Shown: positions 36,286-47,200, counted from the first letter of the stretch. The stretch is DNA of 58,832 nucleotides from a bacterium (GCA_043820855.1 JBDRDK010000001.1:1-58832), one strand, 5' to 3'. Program-made: numbers and translations. The notes: generated from the letters alone by a model not told the origin.

Positions 36286-37209
36286 ATGGGTAAGAAAAAA
36301 ATTCAAACTATTGGAGAAACAATTGAGGATGTACAAAAACCTCAAAAGCCGGATAAAAGAAATTTCAAAATTGATAAAGAAAAGGCGGACAGTAATATAC
36401 AAGCTGAAAAAACTAAAAATTCAGATGTTAAGATCAATACAAAACAAGAAAAACAAGCAACAACTGACTCAAAGAGCAAAGATCTAAGATCACAATTAAA
36501 ACGCGGTAAAAACAAGATTCGAAGTAAAAACTATCAAAAAGTAAAAAAATTAGTCGATAGTGATAAACTATACGATCTAGTTGAAGCAATAATACTAATC
36601 AAAAAAGTTGCATACTCAAAGTTCAAATCAAATATCGAAGTTCATATTCGTCTAAATATCAATCTATCCAAATCAGATGAACAGGTTCGTACAATAGTTA
36701 AATTTCCCAAATGTCTAGGTAAAAAACCGAAAATCCTAGCAATTACTCGTGATAAAGATTCAGCTTTAAAGGCCGGCGCAACTTACGCTGGTAATGAAGA
36801 AGTTATCGAAAAAATATCCAAAGGATGGATAGATTTTAATATGGTAATTGCTGAACCAGAATATATGTCCAACTTAGGAAAAGTTGCCAAAACCCTTGGC
36901 ACAAAAGGCTTAATGCCAAATCCGAAAACTGGTACTATATCTGAAGATGTTAAATCAAAGATAGCTGAAATATTGGCTGGTTCAACTGAAATAAAAAATG
37001 ATACATCTGGAATAATTCATCAAGTAATCGGAGCAGTTGATGATTCTGATAAAGATTTAATTAATAACTTTCAAATACTATATAACGCTATCAGTAAAAA
37101 CAGATTCAACAAAAAAGACCTCATCAAAACTATTCACTTGAGTCCAAGCATGGGTCCATCAATTAAAATAGATGTATCTACCATAAATACCGATAAAGTT
37201 CAGAAATAG
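36286..37209 (+). CDS. rplA: 50S ribosomal protein L1 with about 70-aa K-rich N-terminal extension
   Basis: SD AAGGGGA upstream. The core begins near KRGKNKIRSKNYQKV...; GTKGLMPNPKTGT is the L1 signature. Confidence 0.9.
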   Translation: MGKKKIQTIGETIEDVQKPQKPDKRNFKIDKEKADSNIQAEKTKNSDVKINTKQEKQATTDSKSKDLRSQLKRGKNKIRSKNYQKVKKLVDSDKLYDLVEAIILIKKVAYSKFKSNIEVHIRLNINLSKSDEQVRTIVKFPKCLGKKPKILAITRDKDSALKAGATYAGNEEVIEKISKGWIDFNMVIAEPEYMSNLGKVAKTLGTKGLMPNPKTGTISEDVKSKIAEILAGSTEIKNDTSGIIHQVIGAVDDSDKDLINNFQILYNAISKNRFNKKDLIKTIHLSPSMGPSIKIDVSTINTDKVQK

Positions 37210-37215
37210 CAACAC

Positions 37216-37244
37216 TTGACACTTGGTTTTATATTTGATATGCT
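37216..37244 (+). promoter_or_regulatory. sigma70-type promoter (extended -10) for rplJ-rplL
   Basis: TTGACA (37216-37221), 17-nt spacer ending TGa, TATGCT (37239-37244). Confidence 0.6.
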
Positions 37245-37249
37245 GATAT

Positions 37250-37427
37250 CACTGTCAAAGACAGCAGGCGCGTAGCGTCCCGAGTACAATCGAGGGATAC
37301 GCGACCATAAGACCTGCCGAGACAAAAATCAGTAATTAGTTATTTCAGCCAGAGGCTGATCGTCATTGGGACGAAGTTATAGGTGACTAGTTATTAGTTA
37401 ACTCGGCATTAAAGCGGAGATTTTTTT
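37250..37427 (+). promoter_or_regulatory. structured rplJ 5' leader (candidate L10/L12 autoregulatory leader)
   Basis: CTGTC-aaa-GACAG. A long irregular hairpin GCAGG-CGCGTA-..TCCC..GGGA..-TACGCG-..-CCTGC. TGCCGAG (37315) pairs with CTCGGCA (37401), enclosing two small hairpins. Confidence 0.5.
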
Positions 37428-37949
37428 ATGGCAATTGATAAAGCTAAGAAAAAAGAAATAGTAGGAGAAATACAAAATGCTTTTTCCCAAAATATATCAA
37501 TAGTTTTGGTTGATCCTACTGGTTTAAATATGAGTGAAATTGAAGAAATTCGTAATAAGCTTAGTGAAAAAAGCATCAAATTTAAAGTAGCTAAAAAAAA
37601 TCTGATAAAAATCGCTGAAAAAGCTAAAGGATTGAATTTTGAACCTGAAGTTTATGCTGGAAGTTTAGGATTAATAATTGGTTATGAGAACGAGATCGAA
37701 CCAATTAAAGCTACATACAACTTATCAAAACAATTTGAAAAATTACAAATTCGTGGCGGTATTTTTGAAAAAAAATATGTAAGCAATAACTTTATTATAA
37801 AAATTGCAAATATACCCTCACAAGAAGAGTTATACACAAGAATAGTTGGGTCGATTGCCGCACCAATTTCTGGACTAGTAAATGTCTTGTCTGGAAATAC
37901 CCGTAATTTAGTTAATGTATTAAAAAATTGTCAGGAAAAATTAAGTTAA
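37428..37949 (+). CDS. rplJ: 50S ribosomal protein L10
   Basis: Position between rplA and rplL; 173 aa; L10-like N-terminus (KKEIVGEIQNAF...SIVLVDPTGLNMSEIEEIRNKL). Confidence 0.88.
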   Translation: MAIDKAKKKEIVGEIQNAFSQNISIVLVDPTGLNMSEIEEIRNKLSEKSIKFKVAKKNLIKIAEKAKGLNFEPEVYAGSLGLIIGYENEIEPIKATYNLSKQFEKLQIRGGIFEKKYVSNNFIIKIANIPSQEELYTRIVGSIAAPISGLVNVLSGNTRNLVNVLKNCQEKLS

Positions 37950-38041
37950 TTTAATAAATAATTAAATGTCTTCCTACGTTCAATCTTTTGCAAATTTCAG
38001 AATATTTGGAATTTGCAAGCCAAAGGCTTCCCACCGAAGGC

Positions 38042-38120
38042 GTCCCTTAGGGACTTTGGGAATTAGATATCACTACGGCGGACTTACTGAACCGGCTTAG
38101 CCGAGTTCAGTAGCGAAAGG
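38042..38120 (+). repeat. GC-rich element, rearranged copy C, abutting the rplL start codon
   Basis: GTCCC-tta-GGGAC ... CACTACGGCGGAC-TTA-CTGAACCGG-CTTAG-CCGaGTTCAG-TAGCGAAAGGATATT-ATG. Confidence 0.5.
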
Positions 38121-38125
38121 ATATT

Positions 38126-39954
<1,829 letters not shown>

Positions 39955-40018
39955 TTTGTGCTATCATATAAAGGACAGGGGATAGATATTATCCTTAATT
40001 TAAGATATCAGGAGGGGT

Positions 40019-40927
40019 TTGGACGATCAAACAAACCAAACTAGCTCAAGCGCTGAGATACAACCCCCATCTCGAAAATGGGATATTTTAGATTCTACTA
40101 CCAGCGATATTACACCAAAACCTAGTGCAACAAGTGCAACAAGATCACCAGAATTAATAAATCAGGATTTATTATCAGAATCAGAAATAAATGTTCGTTC
40201 TCCTAAATACGCTGAATTACTAAAAGAATTAAGCTCGGCGATACAACCAAATTCAACTCAAACAACTCGAACTACTGAAACGCTTCAACCTCAAGTTTCG
40301 CAACCAGAAATTCAAACCATTACTCCCGAAACAGCCCCAAATCCATTTCAAATACTTAAAAACAACTTAGGTCAAATTGATCCCGCATATTCTGCTGATT
40401 TGGATCAATTACAGATCCGCGCTCGAGAACAAGGCTTGAATACGCAAGTAATTAAACCTATCATTCCCAGTATTTTAGATCTAAGTAATCACACTATCAC
40501 CGAAATTAAACAAGCTCAATCAGAACAACAATCCCAAAACCCAACTGGATTAAGTTCAATTGCCGAAACAGTAATCCCAAGATTATTGACTGGTTCGCTT
40601 AGTCCACAAATTCAAACAGCTTGTGATGAAATTACTAGAATTTATCACATTGAACCGGCTACACAAACTACTAACCCAAAACTGGAAATACAAAAAACAC
40701 CACCAACAAGCCAAACTCCTGAAGAAGAAATTCAAATCCTAGGTGGTGAGATTATTCGTTTACAGGGTGATAAAGAATCACTTGAAAAACAATTATCAGA
40801 TACTCAGATTAGCAATACTGATTTGGAAAATCAATTTAAAGATTCTAAAGAAAAAGCCAAAACAGCACAAGCTCAATATACTGAAAATTTTGAAAAATTA
40901 CCCTCAAATAAAAGATTAGCTGCCTAA
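40019..40927 (+). CDS. Q/T/S/P-rich low-complexity protein with C-terminal coiled coil; TTG start
   Basis: SD CAGGAGGGG immediately upstream; 302 aa; no TM or signal peptide; first gene of a tightly packed six-gene block. Confidence 0.55.
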   Translation: MDDQTNQTSSSAEIQPPSRKWDILDSTTSDITPKPSATSATRSPELINQDLLSESEINVRSPKYAELLKELSSAIQPNSTQTTRTTETLQPQVSQPEIQTITPETAPNPFQILKNNLGQIDPAYSADLDQLQIRAREQGLNTQVIKPIIPSILDLSNHTITEIKQAQSEQQSQNPTGLSSIAETVIPRLLTGSLSPQIQTACDEITRIYHIEPATQTTNPKLEIQKTPPTSQTPEEEIQILGGEIIRLQGDKESLEKQLSDTQISNTDLENQFKDSKEKAKTAQAQYTENFEKLPSNKRLAA

Positions 40928-40929
40928 AT

Positions 40930-41388
40930 ATGAGTCAAAATCAAGTTATTAATTTAGAAAATTTAATCTCTCAATTACAAAAAAATTTAAAGGATATTTA
41001 TATAGTTGAAAAAGAGATTATTCGAATTGACCAATTACTTATTGCTGGTAAAAATACGGAACAGGTGATTCAAAAAAAACTAGAGGAAGTGAACCAAAAA
41101 TTACAAAATTACCATACCCAACAAACCAACCTACAAAAGATCCACGGTGAATCATTAAGTCAAGGTTTCAAAGATTTGGCTATAAATCAATTTAATAACT
41201 TACAAACTTCATGGCAATCTCAAAATCCTCAAGCTCTAAGTATAATACTTAAACAAATTAGCAAATATACTCACTTGTCTAAACATTTTTATATGCTAAA
41301 AAATCGTACACTTAGGTTAATAGGTATGGATAGATATTTCAACTATCATTATATAGATATTAATATTCCAGAATTATTAAAAATATAA
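40930..41388 (+). CDS. coiled-coil hypothetical protein
   Basis: 2-nt gap from the previous stop; heptad-like Q/K/L-rich sequence; 152 aa. Confidence 0.55.
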   Translation: MSQNQVINLENLISQLQKNLKDIYIVEKEIIRIDQLLIAGKNTEQVIQKKLEEVNQKLQNYHTQQTNLQKIHGESLSQGFKDLAINQFNNLQTSWQSQNPQALSIILKQISKYTHLSKHFYMLKNRTLRLIGMDRYFNYHYIDINIPELLKI

Positions 41389-41389
41389 C

Positions 41390-41734
41390 ATGGAACAAAA
41401 AGAAACATTTATCGGAAAAAAAGACGAATTAATCTCATTAATTAGAAAGTCAAAATTACCTGATTCTGAAAAGGAAGCTTGGCTAAATCTCCTAGAAGAA
41501 ATGTTAGAGCATGAAATTCAAGAATTTATTGACATACTAAAAGACGAAGAGGGTAATTTACAAAGACTGGAACTAAAATATCAACAAAAGATAAAAAAGA
41601 TTAAAGTTGATTTCAATGAAAAATGGCAAAATTTTATGAGTCAAGCTGAAAACGAGATAGACAAGAGTCAAAAAAACAAAATCCAACAAAACGAAGCTCA
41701 GGAATTAGAAATGCTACGTCAGCAATTAAAATAA
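41390..41734 (+). CDS. coiled-coil hypothetical protein
   Basis: 1-nt gap from the previous stop; E/K/Q-rich helical sequence; 114 aa. Confidence 0.55.
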   Translation: MEQKETFIGKKDELISLIRKSKLPDSEKEAWLNLLEEMLEHEIQEFIDILKDEEGNLQRLELKYQQKIKKIKVDFNEKWQNFMSQAENEIDKSQKNKIQQNEAQELEMLRQQLK

Positions 41735-41737
41735 ATT

Positions 41738-44260
41738 ATGGATGTAGGAAATATTATAAATTTGGTAGGCATAGGATTATTACTAATTGCGGGAGTGATA
41801 ATTATCTTCACTATGAGTAAATTTCTTAAATCATACCTTTTACAAAAAAAAGAAACTAAGAAATTTCAAGACCGAACTCTGTTTTTAGTTCAAGTCCCTA
41901 AATATTCTGGTACAAAAGAAGAACAAAACACAAGTAGTCGCGACCTGTCAATATTATGGACTGGCGTTATGGAACAGTTTTTATCAAGTGTTACTGGAAT
42001 ATATGAAGGAGATTGGCAACATGCTATATGGGGACAAGAATATGTCAGCCTGGAGATAGTATCTAAAGGAGGTCAAATAAGTTTTTATGTATCTTGTCCA
42101 GGGCATTTATCGTCTTTAATTGAAAAACAAATTCACAGCTTTTTTCATGGAGCACAAGTAGAAAAAGCACCCAACTACAATTTATTTGACAAAATTAATC
42201 CAGCAAATTATCTAAACCATACTACTTCTGCACAACTCGGGCTTGCCCGATCATTTATTTATCCGATTCGTACCTACAAAGACCTTGATCACGATTCATT
42301 AAATAATATTACAACCGCCTTAAGTAAATTGGGTAAAGACTCGAGCGCTGCTATCCAAATGATGATCCGTCCCAGTGTATCAAAGTGGCAGAAACAATGT
42401 GAAGAGAAAATTAAAAGTATATATGAAGACAAAAAAACTACCGGGATACAAAATATCGTTAAAGAAGTGGGACAAGCTGCTTTTAACCCACAAAAAAGCG
42501 ATAGCAAGTCTGATATCAAGGCCCCGCCCACAATAACTGCCAACAAAGAACAAGAGATTAATCTAATTCAAAAAAAAGCTTCAAAGGTTGGTTTTGATAC
42601 CAAGATACGTTTACTTGTTGTATCTAATGATTTGAACTTAGCCAAGTCCAACTTACAAAATCTATTAAGTTCATACGCCCAATTCACTGACCAAGGGGGG
42701 AACCGATTACAAAAATTAAAGTATCCTTTCCGCAACGTTCAAACTGAGGTATTTGACTTTGTACTTAGAAGGTTTGGTAATCCTAACTTTGCCACAATAT
42801 TAAACACTGAGGAATTGGCAACCCTTTATCATTTCCCAAACAAAAATATTGCAACTCCTAACATAAAATGGTTGGCTGCAAAAACTGCAGCTGCTCCAGT
42901 AAACACACCAACAGAGGGTAGATTGCTTGGTGAAAATATTTATCGTGGGGAAAAACAAAAGGTTTACATAAAGGATGCGGATCGGTTACGACATTTATAC
43001 TGCATAGGTAAAACCGGTGTAGGTAAAACTACTTTATTTACAAATATGATTATTGACGACATTGTTGAAGGAAAGGGTGTATGTTATATCGATCCACACG
43101 GTGATGCAGCAGAAACCATCTTGCAAAACATCCCTAAAGAACGGGCTGAGGATGTTATTTATTTTGATCCTGGTGACACTTCTAGACCTATGGGATTAAA
43201 TTTACTCGAGTATCAAAAACCCGAACAAAAAGATTTTTTAGTACAAGAAGCTACTTCAATTTTCTATAAATTATTTGATCCAAATAAAACTGGTATTGTG
43301 GGACCACAGTTTGAACACTGGTTAAGAAATGCAGCATTAACACTCATGTCCTATCCAGAAGGCGGAACATTAATAGAAATTCCTAGATTGTTTACTGATA
43401 AAAAATTTGAACAAGAACGGTTAAAACACGTTCGAGATCCAATGGTACGTGCTTTTTGGGAAAAACAGCTAAAACAAACTTCTGATTTCCATAAATCAGA
43501 AATGCTTAATTATTTTGTTTCGAAATTCGGTCGATTCATGACAAATAATATGATGCGTAATATTATCGGACAGACCAAATCAGCGTTTGATTTCCGTGAA
43601 GTTATGGATTCCGGAAAAATATTAATCCTTAATTTATCCAAAGGTAAGTTAGGCGAAGTTAATGCTGAACTCCTCGGTCTAATCACTGTAGCAAAATTAG
43701 CTATGGCTGCTTATTCACGAGCAGATATTCCCGAAGATCAAAGAAAACCGTTTTATCTGTATGTAGATGAATTCCAAAACTTTACTACATCTGACTTTTC
43801 TTCAATTTTATCCGAAGCAAGAAAATACCAACTATCTTTAAATATCACCAATCAGTACATAGAACAGTTAGATGAAAAAATTAGAAATGCAGTCTTTGGC
43901 AATGTGGGCAGTATTATCTCTTTCCGTATAGGCGTAAGAGATGCTGAATTCCTCGAAAAAGAATTTACCCCTGTCTTTAGTCAAGAGGATCTAGTTGACA
44001 TAGACAAATATAATGCATATATTAAGTTATTAATTGACGGTGCTGCATCTAGTCCTTTTAGTATCAAAACTATCGCACCCAAACCCCCACAGTCACAACA
44101 AATTTACGAGGCCATTCAAAAAATTTCTAAATTAAAGTATGGGAAAAATCAACAAACAGTAGATGAAGAAATTAGAAAGAGATCAGCAATAGAACAGGTT
44201 GTCAAAGAGTTTGGATCAAGTAGTTTATCCAAGGAACCAACACCTAACCAACAACAATAA
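41738..44260 (+). CDS. membrane-anchored VirD4/TraD/TrwB-like (type IV coupling protein-like) P-loop NTPase, paralog 1
   Basis: N-terminal TM (aa 5-25), then a module of about 380 aa of unknown function. Walker A GKTGVGKTT (43008-43031) followed by IDPHGD. Walker B FYLYVDEFQNF. EARKYQLSLNITNQY...GNVGSIISFR, TraG-D_C-like. Confidence 0.8.
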   Translation: MDVGNIINLVGIGLLLIAGVIIIFTMSKFLKSYLLQKKETKKFQDRTLFLVQVPKYSGTKEEQNTSSRDLSILWTGVMEQFLSSVTGIYEGDWQHAIWGQEYVSLEIVSKGGQISFYVSCPGHLSSLIEKQIHSFFHGAQVEKAPNYNLFDKINPANYLNHTTSAQLGLARSFIYPIRTYKDLDHDSLNNITTALSKLGKDSSAAIQMMIRPSVSKWQKQCEEKIKSIYEDKKTTGIQNIVKEVGQAAFNPQKSDSKSDIKAPPTITANKEQEINLIQKKASKVGFDTKIRLLVVSNDLNLAKSNLQNLLSSYAQFTDQGGNRLQKLKYPFRNVQTEVFDFVLRRFGNPNFATILNTEELATLYHFPNKNIATPNIKWLAAKTAAAPVNTPTEGRLLGENIYRGEKQKVYIKDADRLRHLYCIGKTGVGKTTLFTNMIIDDIVEGKGVCYIDPHGDAAETILQNIPKERAEDVIYFDPGDTSRPMGLNLLEYQKPEQKDFLVQEATSIFYKLFDPNKTGIVGPQFEHWLRNAALTLMSYPEGGTLIEIPRLFTDKKFEQERLKHVRDPMVRAFWEKQLKQTSDFHKSEMLNYFVSKFGRFMTNNMMRNIIGQTKSAFDFREVMDSGKILILNLSKGKLGEVNAELLGLITVAKLAMAAYSRADIPEDQRKPFYLYVDEFQNFTTSDFSSILSEARKYQLSLNITNQYIEQLDEKIRNAVFGNVGSIISFRIGVRDAEFLEKEFTPVFSQEDLVDIDKYNAYIKLLIDGAASSPFSIKTIAPKPPQSQQIYEAIQKISKLKYGKNQQTVDEEIRKRSAIEQVVKEFGSSSLSKEPTPNQQQ

Positions 44261-44265
44261 ATAAC

Positions 44266-46926
44266 ATGACAAATTATTTAGGATTATTACCAACAATTAT
44301 AATTACCCTGGCTCTTGTAGTCGGATCTTTATCTTTGAGTTATTTTCTGCAAGTTAAAAAAAGCAGACAAGCCCTGAAAACAAAGAAATATAGCTTACTG
44401 ATGATTTCGGTTCCAAGAGAAAACGAAAAATCAGCACTCGCTGCTGAACAAGTATTTGCTAGTTTACATGGAATATTTCGCGACCCAGAACAATTAAAGA
44501 AAAGCGGGGATATTCAAGAGTGGTTAAGTTTTGAGGTGGTCTCATATCAACAACACATAGAATTTTATGTATATACTCCTGAAGAATACAAGGAATTTGT
44601 AGAAGGACAGATATTTGCACAATACCCAAATATCGATATCAGAGAAGTAAAAGATGATTATACTCATCGAATAAAACAAGATAAAGTATTTGGTACAGCA
44701 GAACTTGTATTAAATAAAAATGAGATTTTTCCAATCAAAACTTTTACTGATTTTGAAGTCGATCCACTGGCGGGTATTACAGCAGCGATGAGTAAAATTC
44801 AAAGCGGTGAACAAGCCTGGATGCAAATATTGTTAAAACCAGTTGAAGATGATTGGCAGAATAAAGGTATAAAATATGTTGAAGCTGTTAAGGCTGGGAA
44901 AAATCCCAAACCACCTATGTTTTTTGAAGGATTACTTAGTTCGTTTACAGATTTTGGGAAAGATTTAGTCCAAGCTGCGATAAATCCAGAAAAAGCCGCT
45001 GAACCAGCCAAAGAAAAAGAAACTCCGAAATTATCAGGACCAGTTGATTCGGGATTGGCAGGAATTGAAGAAAAGATAACCAAACTAGGTTATAAAACAA
45101 TAGTTAGGCTGTTTATTATTTCAGATAGTGAATTCAAAATTCAAAATCGGGTCTTAGCTATAGCTGGATCTTTTAAACAATTTAACCTAAGTAACTCTAA
45201 CGGATTTAAGGTAGAAAATTTCAGTATTAATAATATAAATGAATTTCAAAATTATCAATTACGATTATTTAATAAAGACGGTTATGTATTGAATATTACT
45301 GAGCTTGCTAGCTTATATCACTTTCCGCATGTTTCTGTAGAAACCCCACATATAAGTTGGACTGGTTCGAAAAAGGGAGAGCCACCAGGCAACTTACCCA
45401 CACAGGAAAATACTCGGGCAGATGAACTAACGATTTTTGCCAAAACCGATTTTCGTGGTACTGGTACAGAATTTGGAATAAAAGCTGATGATCGCAGAAG
45501 ACATATATATACTATAGGTAAAACTGGAACAGGAAAATCTACAATGCTAGTAAATATGATTATGTCAGATATTTACGCAGGAAAAGGCGTAGGCGTGGTA
45601 GATCCGCACGGAGACCTAATTGATGATTTATTGGACTACATACCAAAAGAGCGTCACAAAGATGTACTATTATTTGATCCTGCTGATCGTAAATATCCAG
45701 TAGGTTTTAATTTGTTAGAAAGCGTTGATCCGGATATGAAAAGCATTGTAGCTTCGGGACTGATCGGAATTTTCAAAAAGATTTGGGTAGATTCTTGGGG
45801 TCCAAGATTAGAATACATACTACGAAATACTATACTTGCATTGCTAGATTATCCTGGGTCCACAATGCTTGGAATACTAAAGATGCTTTCAGATCCTAAT
45901 TTTCGGGCCCGGGTAGTTGAAAAAATCAAAGATCCAGTAATTAAAGATTTTTGGGAAAAGGAATTTGAAGGATATACGGATAGTTTTAGAGCAGAAGCCA
46001 TCAACCCAATACAAAATAAAGTTGGTCAGTTTCTGTCTTCGGCCACTATTAGAAACATACTAGGACAAGAACAGAGCAGTTTTACTATGTCTGATGTTTT
46101 AGATAATCAGAAAATATTCTTAATAAATTTATCTAAAGGCAAAATGGGTGAGGACAACAGTGCTCTACTTGGCGCTATGATAATTACCAAGATACAACTT
46201 ACTGCAATGCAAAGAGTATATACCCCCGAAAAAGAACGTAAAGACTTTTATTTGTATGTGGATGAGTTTCAGAACTTTGCAACAGAAGCTTTTTCTGGGA
46301 TACTATCCGAAGCTCGCAAATATCGCCTTAACATTATACTAGCAAACCAATATATAGCCCAAATCCCAGAAGCAGTACGTGAAGCGATTTTCGGAAATAT
46401 AGGTACACTGATCGCTTTCAGGGTTGGTCCTTCTGATGTGGATATGCTCACCAAGGAGTTCAGCCCAGTTTTTGATGAAAACGATCTAGTTAATCTAGAT
46501 AAATATAATACATATGTAAAAATGGCTATCGACGGAGTAACAAGCCCCGCGTTTTCTGCTATAACATTACCCCCCTTTGCTAGTAGAACTGCTTCAAAGG
46601 ATATCGTAATAAAACAGTCAAGAGATAAATTTTCAAAAGAAAAAGAGACAGTTGAAAAACAGATCGTTGATTGGAGTCAAAAAGAAAGTTTACCTCCAGC
46701 TTCACTAATAGCTAAAATTCAAAAAAAAGACCAGGAAAAAGAAAATAAAACCGAGATAAAACAATTCGAAAAAATCGGTAAAAACGAATACCGCAGATTC
46801 AAAGATTCTACTGAAAAAGGTTGGTACATCCAGGTAGAACCACACGAAAGTCGTATAAAACAAGAACAAGTAAATATATCTACCAATACTGACTCATCTA
46901 TATTAGAAAAAATATTAAAAAACTAA
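44266..46926 (+). CDS. membrane-anchored VirD4/TraD/TrwB-like P-loop NTPase, paralog 2
   Basis: Same architecture as paralog 1: TM, N-module, GKTGTGKST (45517-45540), VDPHGD, FYLYVDEFQNF, EARKYRLNIILANQY...GNIGTLIAFR, plus a K/E-rich tail. Confidence 0.8.
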   Translation: MTNYLGLLPTIIITLALVVGSLSLSYFLQVKKSRQALKTKKYSLLMISVPRENEKSALAAEQVFASLHGIFRDPEQLKKSGDIQEWLSFEVVSYQQHIEFYVYTPEEYKEFVEGQIFAQYPNIDIREVKDDYTHRIKQDKVFGTAELVLNKNEIFPIKTFTDFEVDPLAGITAAMSKIQSGEQAWMQILLKPVEDDWQNKGIKYVEAVKAGKNPKPPMFFEGLLSSFTDFGKDLVQAAINPEKAAEPAKEKETPKLSGPVDSGLAGIEEKITKLGYKTIVRLFIISDSEFKIQNRVLAIAGSFKQFNLSNSNGFKVENFSINNINEFQNYQLRLFNKDGYVLNITELASLYHFPHVSVETPHISWTGSKKGEPPGNLPTQENTRADELTIFAKTDFRGTGTEFGIKADDRRRHIYTIGKTGTGKSTMLVNMIMSDIYAGKGVGVVDPHGDLIDDLLDYIPKERHKDVLLFDPADRKYPVGFNLLESVDPDMKSIVASGLIGIFKKIWVDSWGPRLEYILRNTILALLDYPGSTMLGILKMLSDPNFRARVVEKIKDPVIKDFWEKEFEGYTDSFRAEAINPIQNKVGQFLSSATIRNILGQEQSSFTMSDVLDNQKIFLINLSKGKMGEDNSALLGAMIITKIQLTAMQRVYTPEKERKDFYLYVDEFQNFATEAFSGILSEARKYRLNIILANQYIAQIPEAVREAIFGNIGTLIAFRVGPSDVDMLTKEFSPVFDENDLVNLDKYNTYVKMAIDGVTSPAFSAITLPPFASRTASKDIVIKQSRDKFSKEKETVEKQIVDWSQKESLPPASLIAKIQKKDQEKENKTEIKQFEKIGKNEYRRFKDSTEKGWYIQVEPHESRIKQEQVNISTNTDSSILEKILKN

Positions 46927-46935
46927 TTAATTATT

Positions 46936-47169
46936 GTGAGAGAAAACTATAGTTTGTGGGAAAAATTAATTATTTTAGCAGCCGCAGTACTGATTATTTG
47001 GGGTGTGGTTTACTTGATTTTAAAACATCAGGGAGATGAGCCACAAAATACCCGGTCCAATACTGCAGAAGAGGCCCAAGATTCAACTGAAAATACAGAT
47101 ACAGATAATACCCCAGAAGAAGGCGAGATATCAACCCAAGACACAGATCAAGAAAGTATACCTTTTTAA
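46936..47169 (+). CDS. small single-TM protein with acidic tail; GTG start
   Basis: TM LIILAAAVLIIWGVVYLIL followed by a D/E/T-rich tail; no obvious SD. Confidence 0.4.
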   Translation: MRENYSLWEKLIILAAAVLIIWGVVYLILKHQGDEPQNTRSNTAEEAQDSTENTDTDNTPEEGEISTQDTDQESIPF

Positions 47170-47171
47170 TT

Positions 47172-47200
47172 TTGCTATTTAAGGAACTACTTGGTATAAT
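47172..47200 (+). promoter_or_regulatory. sigma70-type promoter (extended -10) for rbfA
   Basis: TTGCTA (47172-47177), 17-nt spacer ending TGg, TATAAT (47195-47200). Confidence 0.65.

Noticed and set aside
36242-36487. An 81-aa ORF overlapping the 5' part of rplA in another frame.
   Set aside because: It has a GTG start without an SD. It is a K-rich artefact of the A-rich rplA extension, and the rplA frame has the SD and continues into the conserved L1 core.
40019-47169. Calling the ATPase operon a conjugative element or a complete type IV secretion system.
   Set aside because: No relaxase, VirB4, VirB6, VirB8-11, pilin, oriT-like repeats or integrase is in the window, and the flanks are housekeeping genes. 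Only the coupling-protein-like ATPase family assignment is supported.
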